This document shows positions 1 through 9,497 of a DNA stretch of 64,000 bases, in pieces. The stretch lies in sequence record NZ_CP024426.1; one strand, written 5' to 3'. The notes beneath the pieces are model-generated. The model searched no databases, was not told where the DNA came from, and saw only the letters and a program-made list of their open reading frames with translations. The DNA is from a plasmid. The translations under genes were made by a program, and so were the position numbers. The number at the start of each line of letters is the position of its first letter. Positions within the stretch are counted from its first letter, which is position 1.

Positions 1-27
1 GCACGGAGGGCGCCCGGACCGTCCGCA

Positions 28-870
28 TCAGACCACGGTAAAGAAGCGGCCCGGGTCCGCGGTCACGTCGTCATAGGACACGCCGTGCAGCAGGACGCTG
101 TCGCCCTGGCCGAAGTCGATCAGCGTGCCGGCGTCGCCAAGGTCGACGGCGAAATCGGCCACTTCCTCGGCCGAGCCCAGCGTCACCCCCTCCAGCCGCG
201 AGGAGATCTGGATGATGTCGCCGTCGGTAAAGTCCATGACCACGTCGCCGCCGCCCGAGAAGGTGAACAGGTCCTCCCCCTCGCCGCCATAAAGGACGTC
301 GTCGCCGGTGCCGCCGTCCAGGGTATCGCGGCCGGCACCCCCTTCAAGCAGGTCGTCGCCTTCGCCGCCCAGCAGAAGATCATCGCCCAGCCCCCCAAGG
401 ATCTGGTCGTCGCCGGCGTTCCCCAGCAGCGTGTCGTCGCCGACGTCGCCCGAAAGAGTATCGTCGCCCGCACCGCCGTCCAGCAGATCGTCGCCGGTGC
501 CGCCGGCCAGGGCATCGTCCCCCGCGCCGCCTTCCAGCGTGTCGTCGCCGGCACCGCCTGCCAGAAGGTCGCTGCCCGCGCCGCCCTGCATCAGGTCGTC
601 GCCCGCACCGCCGGACAGGGTGTCGTTCCCTTCCCCGCCGTAAAGCGCATCGTCCCCGGTGCCGCCCAGCAGCTGGTCGTCGCCGGACCCGCCATACAGC
701 CGATCGTCGCCCGAACCGCCGTTCAGCAGGTCGTCGCCCGCCTCGCCGTGAACGATGTCGTCGCCCGAGCCGGACATGACGGTATCATGCCCCGCTCCGG
801 CTGCGATGAAGTCCGAGAGCGACGTCCCGAACAAGAAGTCGCTGAACGCGCCCCCTGGTATCGTGGCCAT
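28..870 (-). CDS. RTX-family calcium-binding repeat protein (hemolysin-type GGxGxDxL nonapeptide repeats)
   Basis: Translation is dominated by tandem GGAGDDxLxGG nonapeptides. Start moved from the track TTG at 897 to the ATG at 870 (MATIPGG...), which has an AAGAAAGGGG Shine-Dalgarno-like sequence 6 nt upstream. Stop TGA at 28-30. Confidence 0.72.
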   Translation of the reverse strand: MATIPGGAFSDFLFGTSLSDFIAAGAGHDTVMSGSGDDIVHGEAGDDLLNGGSGDDRLYGGSGDDQLLGGTGDDALYGGEGNDTLSGGAGDDLMQGGAGSDLLAGGAGDDTLEGGAGDDALAGGTGDDLLDGGAGDDTLSGDVGDDTLLGNAGDDQILGGLGDDLLLGGEGDDLLEGGAGRDTLDGGTGDDVLYGGEGEDLFTFSGGGDVVMDFTDGDIIQISSRLEGVTLGSAEEVADFAVDLGDAGTLIDFGQGDSVLLHGVSYDDVTADPGRFFTVV

Positions 871-1068
871 GATGACCCCTTTCTTGCTGTGATCCAATGC
901 GGCGGAAGCTAAACCAAAGCGTGCAGACGGCCGACGTCTATTTACTTAAAATTGCAGGCTTTTCCGGTTCGCTTCGGCAATGCGGTCCCGCTAGCATCCG
1001 TCCGACGTTCCAGTCCCGGGCATCACCGGGGCGCAGGATCAGGGCCGCTTCAAACTGGAAAAGCAACC

Positions 1069-2259
1069 ATGGCGACGTATTCAGACCTGAAATCGACCAT
1101 TCTGTCCGACGAACTCTTTCGCCTCCTGCCGACCGGCCTCGACCCGGCGGAATCCGAGGGGCTGGATTTCGCCAGGACCGCCATCGGCATCCTGGCCGGC
1201 GCCCTGTCCCAAGGCCTGCAAATCGGCGGAAGCGGGGCCGACACGCTTGCCGGCGGTCCGGGCAACGATGTCATGCTTGGACTCGCCGGCGACGATTCCC
1301 TGCACGGCGGTGCGGGCTGGAACCTGCTGTTCGGAGGTGAGGGCAACGATGTGCTGGACGTGCGCTGGCTGACCGATCCCGACCGAGGCGGCCTGTCCTA
1401 TGACGACTGGGCCGAGGCAAAGCCCGCCGCCGGGGACGGGTTGTTCGGCGGCGCGGGTAATGATTCGCTCTTTGGATCGTTCGGGTCCGATCTGCTGCTG
1501 GGTGGTGCAGGGAGCGACCTTCTCAGCGGGCAGGATGGCAACGACCTGCTGGATGGCGGATCCGGCGACGACCGGCTCGAAGGCGATGCCGGGCGCGACA
1601 GCCTTCATGGCGGCGCAGGCAACGATACGCTGTCAGGGGGCTTGGGCGAAGACCGGCTTTATGGCGGCGACGGCAGGGACAGGTTGCAGGGCGACAATGG
1701 CAACGACCTGCTGGACGGCGGCTTGGGAAACGACACGCTTCATGGCGGCTTTGGCGACGACAGCATCACGGGCGGCGCGGGCAACGACTGGGTGGATGCC
1801 GGCGGCGGCGACGACAGCATCGACCTTGGCGACGGCAATGATTTCGCCGCCGCGATCGAGGATTTCGGGCGCGGCGACGATTCCATCTTTGGCAGGGCGG
1901 GCAACGACACGCTGCATGGCGGGCGCGGCAACGACATGATCGACGGCGGCGCGGGCGACGATGCCCTGAACGGCGGCGCGGGCGACGATTTCCTGACCGG
2001 CGGCGGCGGTGCCGACCTGTTCCAGTTCCGCAGCGCGCATGGCGTGGACATCATCGCCGATTTTTCCGACGAGGATCGCCTGATCATCACCCGCAACATC
2101 AATGGCCAGTCCATCGACCCAGAATCGCTTGGCGACCGGTTGCAGGACCTGGGCGATGCCGCTTACCTGGATCTGGGCAACGGTCATGGCGTGATCTTCC
2201 TTGGCCACGACGCCGAGACGCTGGGCGAGCTTTTGCAGACCAGGGTGGATTTCTGGTAA
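1069..2259 (+). CDS. RTX-family calcium-binding repeat protein
   Basis: About 25 repeats of GGxGNDxLxGG/GGAGxDxL. Start moved to the internal ATG at 1069 (MATYSDLKSTIL). The non-repeat tail (DLFQFRSAHGVDIIADFS...) resembles a type I secretion C-terminus. Confidence 0.72.
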   Translation: MATYSDLKSTILSDELFRLLPTGLDPAESEGLDFARTAIGILAGALSQGLQIGGSGADTLAGGPGNDVMLGLAGDDSLHGGAGWNLLFGGEGNDVLDVRWLTDPDRGGLSYDDWAEAKPAAGDGLFGGAGNDSLFGSFGSDLLLGGAGSDLLSGQDGNDLLDGGSGDDRLEGDAGRDSLHGGAGNDTLSGGLGEDRLYGGDGRDRLQGDNGNDLLDGGLGNDTLHGGFGDDSITGGAGNDWVDAGGGDDSIDLGDGNDFAAAIEDFGRGDDSIFGRAGNDTLHGGRGNDMIDGGAGDDALNGGAGDDFLTGGGGADLFQFRSAHGVDIIADFSDEDRLIITRNINGQSIDPESLGDRLQDLGDAAYLDLGNGHGVIFLGHDAETLGELLQTRVDFW

Positions 2260-2384
2260 AGGCGGGACGGCTGGCAGCCGAGGCCACACAGGCCGAGCGC
2301 GGCTCAAGGCGTAAAGCTTGCGCAGGCAACAGCTGAATTTTCCACCTTCTGCCCAAAATTGAACTGCTTTAAGGTCATGTCATT

Positions 2385-3770
2385 ATGACCCAATGGCGCC
2401 CCGATCCCGCCCGCCTTCGTCGACCGGCCTATCTGTCCCTGGCGGATCAATTCGCGCGGGCCATTGCGGACGGGCTGCTGCCCTCGGGCGCCAAGCTCAG
2501 GCCGCACCGGGACCTGGCCTATGAACTGGGGCTGTCGGTGCAGACCGTGTCGCGCGCCTATAACGACCTGATCCGGCGTGGGCTGATTGCGGGCAAGGTG
2601 GGCAGCGGGTCGTTCGTCCTGCCGCCGGCCGGCGACAGCAACCCGCCCTATATCGCCGACCGCAGCAGCGAGGTGATCGACCTTTCGATCCTGAAGCCGG
2701 TCAGCGACGACCACCACATCGCCCTGATGCGCGACGGGCTGCACTGGGTGGCCGACAACCTCAGCGCGTCCTCGGCGCTGTCATTCCGACCCAGTTCGGT
2801 CCTGCCGCATCACCGCCATGTCGCCGCCGGCTGGTTGAAGCGCAGCGGCATTGAGGTCGCGCCCGACAATATCGTCATCACGGACGGCGCCACCTCGGCC
2901 ATCACCACCGCGGTGATGAGCGCGGTGCCCTGCGGTGCGACACTGGCGGCGCCCGCGCTGACCCATCACCTGCTGATGCCGCTGTGCAAGTATCTGGGCC
3001 TGCATCTGGAAGGGCTGGCCTGCGACAGCGACGGCATCCTGCCGGATGCGCTTGATATGGCGGCGGAAAAAGGGCTGGTGCGCGCGGTCTATACCCAGCC
3101 CACCGCGATCAATCCGCGCGCCAATGTCACCAGCCTCGCGCGGCGGCGCGACATTGTGGACATCGCCCGGCGGCACGACCTGTTCATCGTCGAAAACGAC
3201 ATCCTGGGCGATGTGGTGGTGGGCGCACCCACGCCCTATGCCATGCTTGCGCCCGAGCGGGTCTTTCACATCCGCGGCTTTACCAAGGTCGCGCTGCCCG
3301 GGCTGCGGCTGGCCTATCTGTCCGCGCCGGAACGGGCGGCAGCCGTGGCGGCAAATCGCCATCTGGTGACAAGCTGGATGGCGACGCCGCTGATGGTCGA
3401 GTTGCTGAGCCACTGGATCGAGGACGGCACCCTGCCCGGCCTGGTCGCCTGGCAGCGCGAGGCCCTGCAGCGCCGCCATGCCCTGGCGCAGGCGATCCTC
3501 GCCGGCCTGGATTTCAGCGCCCATCCGCAGGGCCTGCATGTCTGGCTGAACCTGCCCGAGGGCGTGGACGAGGATCAGTTCGTCGCGCAGGCGCGGGTGC
3601 ATGGCGTGGCCATCGCCTCGGGGCAGGCGTTCCGCGTCAACGATCATCAGCGCCGCAATGCCGTCCGCATCGCCCTGGGCACCAAGCGCGAGGACGATCT
3701 CCAGCGCGGCCTTGGCCTGGTGCGCGACCTGCTCCGCAGTTCGCCCGAGCCCCTGCTGCCACTGCTGTAG
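2385..3770 (+). CDS. MocR/GabR-subfamily GntR regulator (HTH fused to aminotransferase-like PLP domain); EnuR/EhuR-like regulator of the ectoine cluster
   Basis: N-terminal GntR winged helix (LAYELGLSVQTVSRAYNDLIRRGLI) followed by an approximately 350-aa fold-type I aminotransferase-like domain. Sits immediately upstream of ehuA. Confidence 0.8.
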   Translation: MTQWRPDPARLRRPAYLSLADQFARAIADGLLPSGAKLRPHRDLAYELGLSVQTVSRAYNDLIRRGLIAGKVGSGSFVLPPAGDSNPPYIADRSSEVIDLSILKPVSDDHHIALMRDGLHWVADNLSASSALSFRPSSVLPHHRHVAAGWLKRSGIEVAPDNIVITDGATSAITTAVMSAVPCGATLAAPALTHHLLMPLCKYLGLHLEGLACDSDGILPDALDMAAEKGLVRAVYTQPTAINPRANVTSLARRRDIVDIARRHDLFIVENDILGDVVVGAPTPYAMLAPERVFHIRGFTKVALPGLRLAYLSAPERAAAVAANRHLVTSWMATPLMVELLSHWIEDGTLPGLVAWQREALQRRHALAQAILAGLDFSAHPQGLHVWLNLPEGVDEDQFVAQARVHGVAIASGQAFRVNDHQRRNAVRIALGTKREDDLQRGLGLVRDLLRSSPEPLLPLL

Positions 3771-3848
3771 AATTGTCATGATACGATATAATAATTGACC
3801 TGATTTGGCAGCAATGCAAACCTCTCCGCGAATGGCAAGGGGACGGAC

Positions 3849-4634
3849 GTGGGCGACCCAATCATCCGCATCGACAATCTGCGCAAATCCTTCGGCACGC
3901 TGACCGTCATCGATGGGCTGTCCTTTGACGTGCACAAGGGCGAAAAGCTGGCGCTGATCGGGCCTTCGGGCTCGGGCAAGACGACGATCCTGCGCATCCT
4001 AATGACGCTGGAATCGCTGTCGGGCGGCCGGATCGAGATCGACGGCCAGCCGCTTTACCACATGCAGAAGAACGGCGCCGAGGTGCCCGCGGACGAAGCG
4101 CATCTGCACAAGATGCGCGCCCGCATCGGCATGGTGTTTCAGCATTTCAACCTGTTCCCGCACAAGTCCGTGCTGCAGAACATCACCCTGGCGCCGGTCC
4201 TGACCCAAGGCCAAAGCCGCACCGCCGCCGAAAGGCGCGGCCGCGAGCTTCTGGACATGGTCGGGCTTGCCGACAAGGCCGATGCCATGCCCTCGCAACT
4301 GTCGGGCGGGCAAAAGCAGCGCGTGGCGATCGCCCGCGCGCTGGCGCTGAACCCCGACATCATGCTGTTCGACGAGGTGACGTCCGCCCTTGACCCCGAA
4401 CTGGTCGAGGAGGTTCTGCTGGTGATGAAGCGGCTGGCCGCCGAAACCGACATGACCATGCTGCTTGTCACCCACGAGATGGGCTTTGCCAGCGAATTCG
4501 CCGACCGCATCCTGTTCTTCGACAAGGGCCGGATCGTCGAGCAGGGCCCGCCAGAACAGATCTTCAAGAACCCCAAGGAAGAAAGAACCCGAGGCTTTCT
4601 GCGCAAGATCATCGCAGCCGGCCATCGGGTCTGA
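3849..4634 (+). CDS. ehuA: ABC transporter ATP-binding protein, polar amino acid type (ectoine/hydroxyectoine uptake EhuA-like)
   Basis: Walker [13 protein letters not shown] signature [15 protein letters not shown], Walker [14 protein letters not shown] start with a GGGGA Shine-Dalgarno-like sequence. Confidence 0.85.
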   Translation: MGDPIIRIDNLRKSFGTLTVIDGLSFDVHKGEKLALIGPSGSGKTTILRILMTLESLSGGRIEIDGQPLYHMQKNGAEVPADEAHLHKMRARIGMVFQHFNLFPHKSVLQNITLAPVLTQGQSRTAAERRGRELLDMVGLADKADAMPSQLSGGQKQRVAIARALALNPDIMLFDEVTSALDPELVEEVLLVMKRLAAETDMTMLLVTHEMGFASEFADRILFFDKGRIVEQGPPEQIFKNPKEERTRGFLRKIIAAGHRV

Positions 4635-4661
4635 CCAACAGAACCAACAGCGGAGATTGAC

Positions 4662-5483
4662 ATGAAGCTTTACCTGATGGCCGCCGTGATGCTGGCCGCT
4701 CCCCTGCCCGCGCTTGCCGATCTGGACACGCTGAGGGAACAGGGCTTTGCCCGCATCGCCATCGGCAACGAGCCGCCCTATACCGCCGTCGGCTCGGACG
4801 GCAAGGTCTCGGGCGCGGGTCCCGATGTCGCGCGCGAGGTGTTCAAGCGCCTGGGCGTCGCCGATGTCGAGGCCTCGATCCTGGAATATGGCGCGATGAT
4901 CCCCAGCCTGCAGGCTGGCCGCGTCGATGCCGTGACGGCGGGCCTGTTCATGAAGCCCGAGCGCTGCGCCGCGGTCGCCTATTCCCAGCCGATCCTGTGC
5001 GATGCCGAGGCGCTGCTGGTGCCCAAGGGCAACCCCAAGAACTTCCAGTTCTATGCCGATATCGCCAAGGACGAGACCGCACGGCTGGGCGCCCCCGGCG
5101 GCGGCACCGAGGAAAAGCTGGCGCTGGACGCGGGCGTGCCGCGCGACCGGCTGATCGTCGTGCCGGACCCGCAATCGGGGCTGAAGATGCTGCAGGACGG
5201 GCGCATCGACGCCTATTCGCTGCCGGTGCTGTCGCTGAACGAACTGCTGGCGAAATCCGGCGATGCCGGTCTGGAAATCTTTGCCCCGGTCAAGGATGCC
5301 CCGGTCTATTGCGACGGCGCGGCCTTCAACAAGAAGGACACGGCGCTGCGCGACGCCTTCGACGTGGAACTGGCCAAGATGAAGGAAACGGGCGACTTCG
5401 CCAAGATCGTCGAGCCCTACGGTTTCAGCGCCGAGGCCGCGCTGTCGACCGACCGCGACACGCTTTGCGCCGCGCCGCAATAA
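4662..5483 (+). CDS. ehuB: periplasmic substrate-binding protein (EhuB-like ectoine/hydroxyectoine binding protein)
   Basis: Signal peptide MKLYLMAAVMLAAPLPALA. Family 3 solute-binding fold by size and position within the ehu operon. GGAG Shine-Dalgarno-like sequence. Confidence 0.78.
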   Translation: MKLYLMAAVMLAAPLPALADLDTLREQGFARIAIGNEPPYTAVGSDGKVSGAGPDVAREVFKRLGVADVEASILEYGAMIPSLQAGRVDAVTAGLFMKPERCAAVAYSQPILCDAEALLVPKGNPKNFQFYADIAKDETARLGAPGGGTEEKLALDAGVPRDRLIVVPDPQSGLKMLQDGRIDAYSLPVLSLNELLAKSGDAGLEIFAPVKDAPVYCDGAAFNKKDTALRDAFDVELAKMKETGDFAKIVEPYGFSAEAALSTDRDTLCAAPQ

Positions 5484-5523
5484 GCCGAACCGCAGACCCC
5501 AACAGCAAGGCAGGCATCAGCGC

Positions 5524-6180
5524 ATGGGCGACTGGGCAGGATATCTGACACTCATCCTTCAGGGGGCCTGGGTCACGGTGCAACTGACCGTGATGGGCTG
5601 CGCGGTCGCGCTGGTCGTGGCCTTCCTGGCCGGCTTGGGCCGGGTGTCGCGTCATGCCGGCCTGCGCTGGCTGGCCAGCATCTATATCGAGTTCTTTCGC
5701 GGCACCTCGATCTTTGTGCAGCTGTTCTGGATCTATTACGTCCTGCCGCTGACTGGCGTATCGCTCAGCCCGATGCAGGCGGGGGTGATGGCGCTGGGTC
5801 TGAACGTCGGCGCCTATGCGGCCGAGGTGGTGCGCGGCGCCATCCTGTCGGTGCCGCGCGACCAGCACGAGGCGACGGTCGCGCTGAACCTGACCGGCTA
5901 TCAGCGGATGCGCCATGTCATCCTGCCCCAGGCCCTACCGCTGATGCTGCCGACCTTCGGCAACAATGCCATCGAACTGCTGAAGGCCACGTCGGTCGTG
6001 TCGCTGATCTCGCTGTCCGACATGACGTTCCAGGCGCAGGTGGTGCGGTCGCAGACCGGCAGCACGCTGGTCCCCTTTGTCGCGATCCTGGTGATGTATT
6101 TCGCGCTCTCCTCGCTGATTTCGGCCGGGATGCGCTGGTTGGAACGGCGCGCGACGCGCGGGCTGGACGGGGTGCGCTGA
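5524..6180 (+). CDS. ehuC: ABC permease (EhuC-like, His/Glu/Gln/Arg/opine family)
   Basis: Polytopic membrane protein with the EAA-type loop (GLNVGAYAAEVVRGAILSVPRDQHEA). Confidence 0.8.
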   Translation: MGDWAGYLTLILQGAWVTVQLTVMGCAVALVVAFLAGLGRVSRHAGLRWLASIYIEFFRGTSIFVQLFWIYYVLPLTGVSLSPMQAGVMALGLNVGAYAAEVVRGAILSVPRDQHEATVALNLTGYQRMRHVILPQALPLMLPTFGNNAIELLKATSVVSLISLSDMTFQAQVVRSQTGSTLVPFVAILVMYFALSSLISAGMRWLERRATRGLDGVR

Positions 6181-6839
6181 TGGAATGGGATTGGGATTTC
6201 GCGCTGAGCATCCTGCCGACCCTGTTGCAGGGCTTGCAGATCACGCTGCTGGCGACCGTTCTGGGCGTCGTCGTGGCCGCCGTCCTGGGCCTTGTCTTTG
6301 CGCTGCTGCGGCGCTCGCCCAGCCGCGCCGTTACCCGCACGACCGGCTTCGTGGTTGAATTCATCCGGGGCACGCCGCTGCTGGTGCAGCTTTACTTCAT
6401 CTTCTACGTCCTGCCCGACATCGGGCTGCGGCTGCCGGCGCTGGCGGCGGGCGTGCTGGGCATGGGCCTGCATTACGCGGCCTATTTCGCCGAGGTCTAT
6501 CGCGGCGGGATCGAGGCCGTGCCGCGCGGTCAATGGGAGGCGGCGCGCGCCACCAACCTGACCGCGCGCCAGACCTGGGTGCATGTCGTCCTGCCGCAGG
6601 CGATGCCGCCGATGATCCCGGCCATGGCGAACTATGTCCTGGCCATGTTCAAGGAAACGCCCCTGCTGTCGGCGATCACCGTGATGGAACTGATGGGCCA
6701 GGCCCGCTCGGTTGCGAATTCGACCTATCGCTATGTCGAGCCGATCACCCTGGTCGGCGTGTGCTTCCTGATCGTCAGCATCATCTCGGTCGTCGGCTTG
6801 CGCTGGCTGGAACGCCGCTTTGGAAGGTTCGGAAAATGA
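6180..6839 (+). CDS. ehuD: ABC permease (EhuD-like)
   Basis: Paralog of the preceding permease. Its start overlaps the ehuC stop (TGATGG). Confidence 0.8.
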   Translation: MEWDWDFALSILPTLLQGLQITLLATVLGVVVAAVLGLVFALLRRSPSRAVTRTTGFVVEFIRGTPLLVQLYFIFYVLPDIGLRLPALAAGVLGMGLHYAAYFAEVYRGGIEAVPRGQWEAARATNLTARQTWVHVVLPQAMPPMIPAMANYVLAMFKETPLLSAITVMELMGQARSVANSTYRYVEPITLVGVCFLIVSIISVVGLRWLERRFGRFGK

Positions 6840-7573
6840 CCGCGGAACTGCATCTGGACGACCGCCCCCTGCCCCGCCGCATCGGCCTGATCGCGCTGGC
6901 GACCGACCACACGACCGAGCCGGATTTCCATCGCATCCTGTCGCCGCGCGGCATCGGCGTCTATGCGACGCGCATCCCCTTCGCCAATCCGGTGACGCCT
7001 GAAACCCTGGCCGCGATGGCGGACGACGTGACCGGCGCCGCCGCGCTGATCCTGCCGGGCGAGGATCTGGATGCGGTGGTCTATGGTTGCACCTCGGCCT
7101 CGGTCGTGATCGGGGATGGGGCGGTGCGTGACGCGATCACGGCGGGCAAGCCCGGAACGGTGGCGATCACGCCGATCTCGGCGGGGTTCGCGGGTCTGCG
7201 CGCGCTTGGCGCGCAGCGGATCACGCTGCTGACCCCCTATGTGCCCGAAACCACCGCACCCATGGCCGCCTGTTTCGAGGCCGGCGGCTTCACCCTGCAA
7301 GGCGTCACCAGCCTTGGCCTGACCGACGACCGCGCCATGGCGCGGCTGTCGCCCGACAGCATCGTCGCGGCGGCACAAGCGGCGCTGGTTCCAGGCAGCG
7401 ATGCGATCTTTGTGTCCTGCACCGCCGTCCGCGCCGCCGGGGTGATCGACCGGATCGAGGATGCAACCGGCGTACCGGCGGTGTCGTCGAACTATGCCGC
7501 CGCCTGGGCGGTGCTGCGCGCCTGTGGCGACACCGGCGTCGCCGCGCCCGGCCAGCTGATGAGGTTGCCGTGA
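6836..7573 (+). CDS. eutA: EutA (Asp/Glu/hydantoin racemase / arylmalonate decarboxylase family)
   Basis: Start at the internal ATG (MTAELHLDD) forms an ATGA overlap with the ehuD stop. Racemase-family fold, with synteny ehuABCD-eutABC as in the Sinorhizobium and Ruegeria ectoine clusters. Confidence 0.7.
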   Translation: MTAELHLDDRPLPRRIGLIALATDHTTEPDFHRILSPRGIGVYATRIPFANPVTPETLAAMADDVTGAAALILPGEDLDAVVYGCTSASVVIGDGAVRDAITAGKPGTVAITPISAGFAGLRALGAQRITLLTPYVPETTAPMAACFEAGGFTLQGVTSLGLTDDRAMARLSPDSIVAAAQAALVPGSDAIFVSCTAVRAAGVIDRIEDATGVPAVSSNYAAAWAVLRACGDTGVAAPGQLMRLP

Positions 7574-8528
7574 TGCCCGTCACCTTGGCCGACATCCGCG
7601 CCGCCAGCGCCCGCATTGCGCCCCATGTCGCGCGCACGCCTCTGGTCGCCGACCGGCGCCTGCCGCAGCTCTGGCTGAAATGCGAACACCGCCAGCCGAC
7701 CGGCGCCTTCAAGCTGCGCGGCGCGACCAATGCGGTGCTGACCCTGCCCAGGCGCGCGCGGGCCGTCGTCACCGCCTCGACCGGCAATCACGGTCGGGCG
7801 CTGGCCCATGCGGCGCAGGCGGCGGGTATTCCCGCGACGGTCTGCCTGTCGCACCTGGTCCCGGACAACAAGGTCCGCGCCATTCGCGCCATGGGCGCCG
7901 AGGTCCGCGTCACCGGCGCCAGCCAGGACGAGGCGATGGCCGAGGTCGCCCGCGCCGTGGCCCACGAAGGCATGACGCGGATCGACCCTTTCGACGACCC
8001 CGCCGTGGTTGCGGGACAGGGAACCATCGGGCTGGAACTGGCCGAGGACCGGCCCGATCTGCACAGCGTCCTGGTGCCCCTGTCGGGGGGGGGCTGGCGG
8101 CGGGCATCGCCGTCGCCGTCAAGGCCCTGATCCCTACCGCCCGCGTGATCGGCGTCAGCATGGAAAACGGCGCCGCCATGGCCGCGAGCCTGGCCGCCGG
8201 CCATCCGGTCGAGGTGATCGAAACCGCAAGCCTGGCGGATTCCCTTGGCGGCGGCATCGGGGCGGACAACCGGGTGACCTTTCCCCTCTGCCGCGCGCTT
8301 CTGGACGGGGTGATCCTGGTCTCCGAAGCCGAAATCGCCGCCGCCCTGCGCCATCTGGCGGCGGCGGGCCATGTGGTCGAGGGCGCGGCGGCCGTGGGCC
8401 ATGCCGCCATCCTGTCGGGCCGCTTCCGCCCCGAGGGGCCGACCGTCACCATCCTGTCGGGCGGCAACATCGACCCGGGCCTGCACGCCCGCATTGTCGC
8501 CGGCGCCAACTCCGTCGAGGCCGCATGA
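7570..8528 (+). pseudogene. eutB: EutB threonine-dehydratase-like PLP enzyme, interrupted by a -1 frameshift in a G9 homopolymer (8085-8093)
   Basis: The N-terminal 170 aa read in the frame of 7570 (FKLRGATNAVL, TASTGNHGRALAHAA). The C-terminal 140 aa continue in the frame of 7680 (GGGLAAGIAVAVKAL...ILSGGNID). The junction ...VPLSGGG|LAAG... falls in ctgtcGGGGGGGGGctggcg; one extra G would restore a 319-aa ORF. Confidence 0.6.
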
Positions 8529-9487
8529 GAACGCCCGTCATCATCCTGACCGAGACCGATCTGCGCCGGCTGGTGCCCCTGGACCTTGCCGCCGTCGATT
8601 GCATCGAGGACGCCTTCCGCGCGCTGGCGACCCAGGCCGTCGCCATGCCGCCGGTCCTCCGCCTCGACATTCCCGAACACCGGGGCGAGGTCGACGTGAA
8701 GACCGCCTATGTCCCCGGGATCGACCATTTCGCGATCAAGATCAGCCCCGGCTTTTTCGACAATCCGACGCTGGGCCTGCCGTCGACGAACGGCATGATG
8801 GTGGTCCTGTCCGCCCGCACCGGGCTGGTTCAGGCGCTGCTTCTGGACAACGGCTATCTGACCGACCTGCGCACCGCTGCCGCCGGGGCCGTCGCCGCGC
8901 GGCATCTGGCGCGGCAGGACGCTGAAAGCGCCGCGATCCTGGGGGCGGGGATGCAGGCCCGGATGCAGTTGCGCGCGCTGGCGCTGGTCCGCCCGCTGAC
9001 CCGCGCCACCGTCTGGGCGCGCGATCCGGCCAAGGCCCGCGCACTCGCCGATGAGATGACGGCCGAGCTTGGCTTTCCCGTCACCCCGGCCGTGACGCCC
9101 GAGGCGCAGGCGGATGTGATCGTGACCACCACGCCCGCCGAAAGCCCCATCCTGGCCAGCGCCCCGCCCGGCAGCCACATCACCGCCATGGGCTCGGACG
9201 CCGGGCACAAGAACGAGATCGCGCCTGACCTGCTGGCGGCCGCCCATTACGTCGCCGACCGCCTGTCCCAGACCCGCGCCCTGGGCGAATTGCACCATTC
9301 CCCCCTGGCCGGGACCGAGTTCCCCGAGCTTGGCCAGGTCATCGCCGGAACCGCGCCGGGCCGCACGTCGGACCGGCAGATCACGCTGGCCGACCTGACC
9401 GGCACCGGCATCCAGGACACCGCCATCGCCGCCCTTGCCCTTGCCCGTGCGCGGGCCGCCGGGGCCGGCCAGACCTTCACCCCTTGA
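8525..9487 (+). CDS. eutC: EutC ornithine cyclodeaminase / mu-crystallin family
   Basis: The internal ATG MRTPVIIL forms an ATGA overlap with the eutB stop. OCD family by size (320 aa) and Rossmann-like motif (AAILGAGMQARMQLRAL). Confidence 0.75.
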   Translation: MRTPVIILTETDLRRLVPLDLAAVDCIEDAFRALATQAVAMPPVLRLDIPEHRGEVDVKTAYVPGIDHFAIKISPGFFDNPTLGLPSTNGMMVVLSARTGLVQALLLDNGYLTDLRTAAAGAVAARHLARQDAESAAILGAGMQARMQLRALALVRPLTRATVWARDPAKARALADEMTAELGFPVTPAVTPEAQADVIVTTTPAESPILASAPPGSHITAMGSDAGHKNEIAPDLLAAAHYVADRLSQTRALGELHHSPLAGTEFPELGQVIAGTAPGRTSDRQITLADLTGTGIQDTAIAALALARARAAGAGQTFTP

Positions 9488-9497
9488 AAGCAGCGCC

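Noticed and set aside
2260-2384. Putative terminator after the RTX gene (ggccgaggccacacaggccgagcg)
   Set aside because: The arms are not actually complementary (CGAGGCC versus GGCCGAG is a direct repeat, not an inverted one), and there is no T-run.
8081-8095. Programmed ribosomal frameshifting at the poly-G tract in eutB
   Set aside because: There is no slippery heptamer or pseudoknot context, and no precedent in threonine-dehydratase-family genes. A homopolymer-length sequencing or assembly error, or simple pseudogenisation, is more parsimonious.
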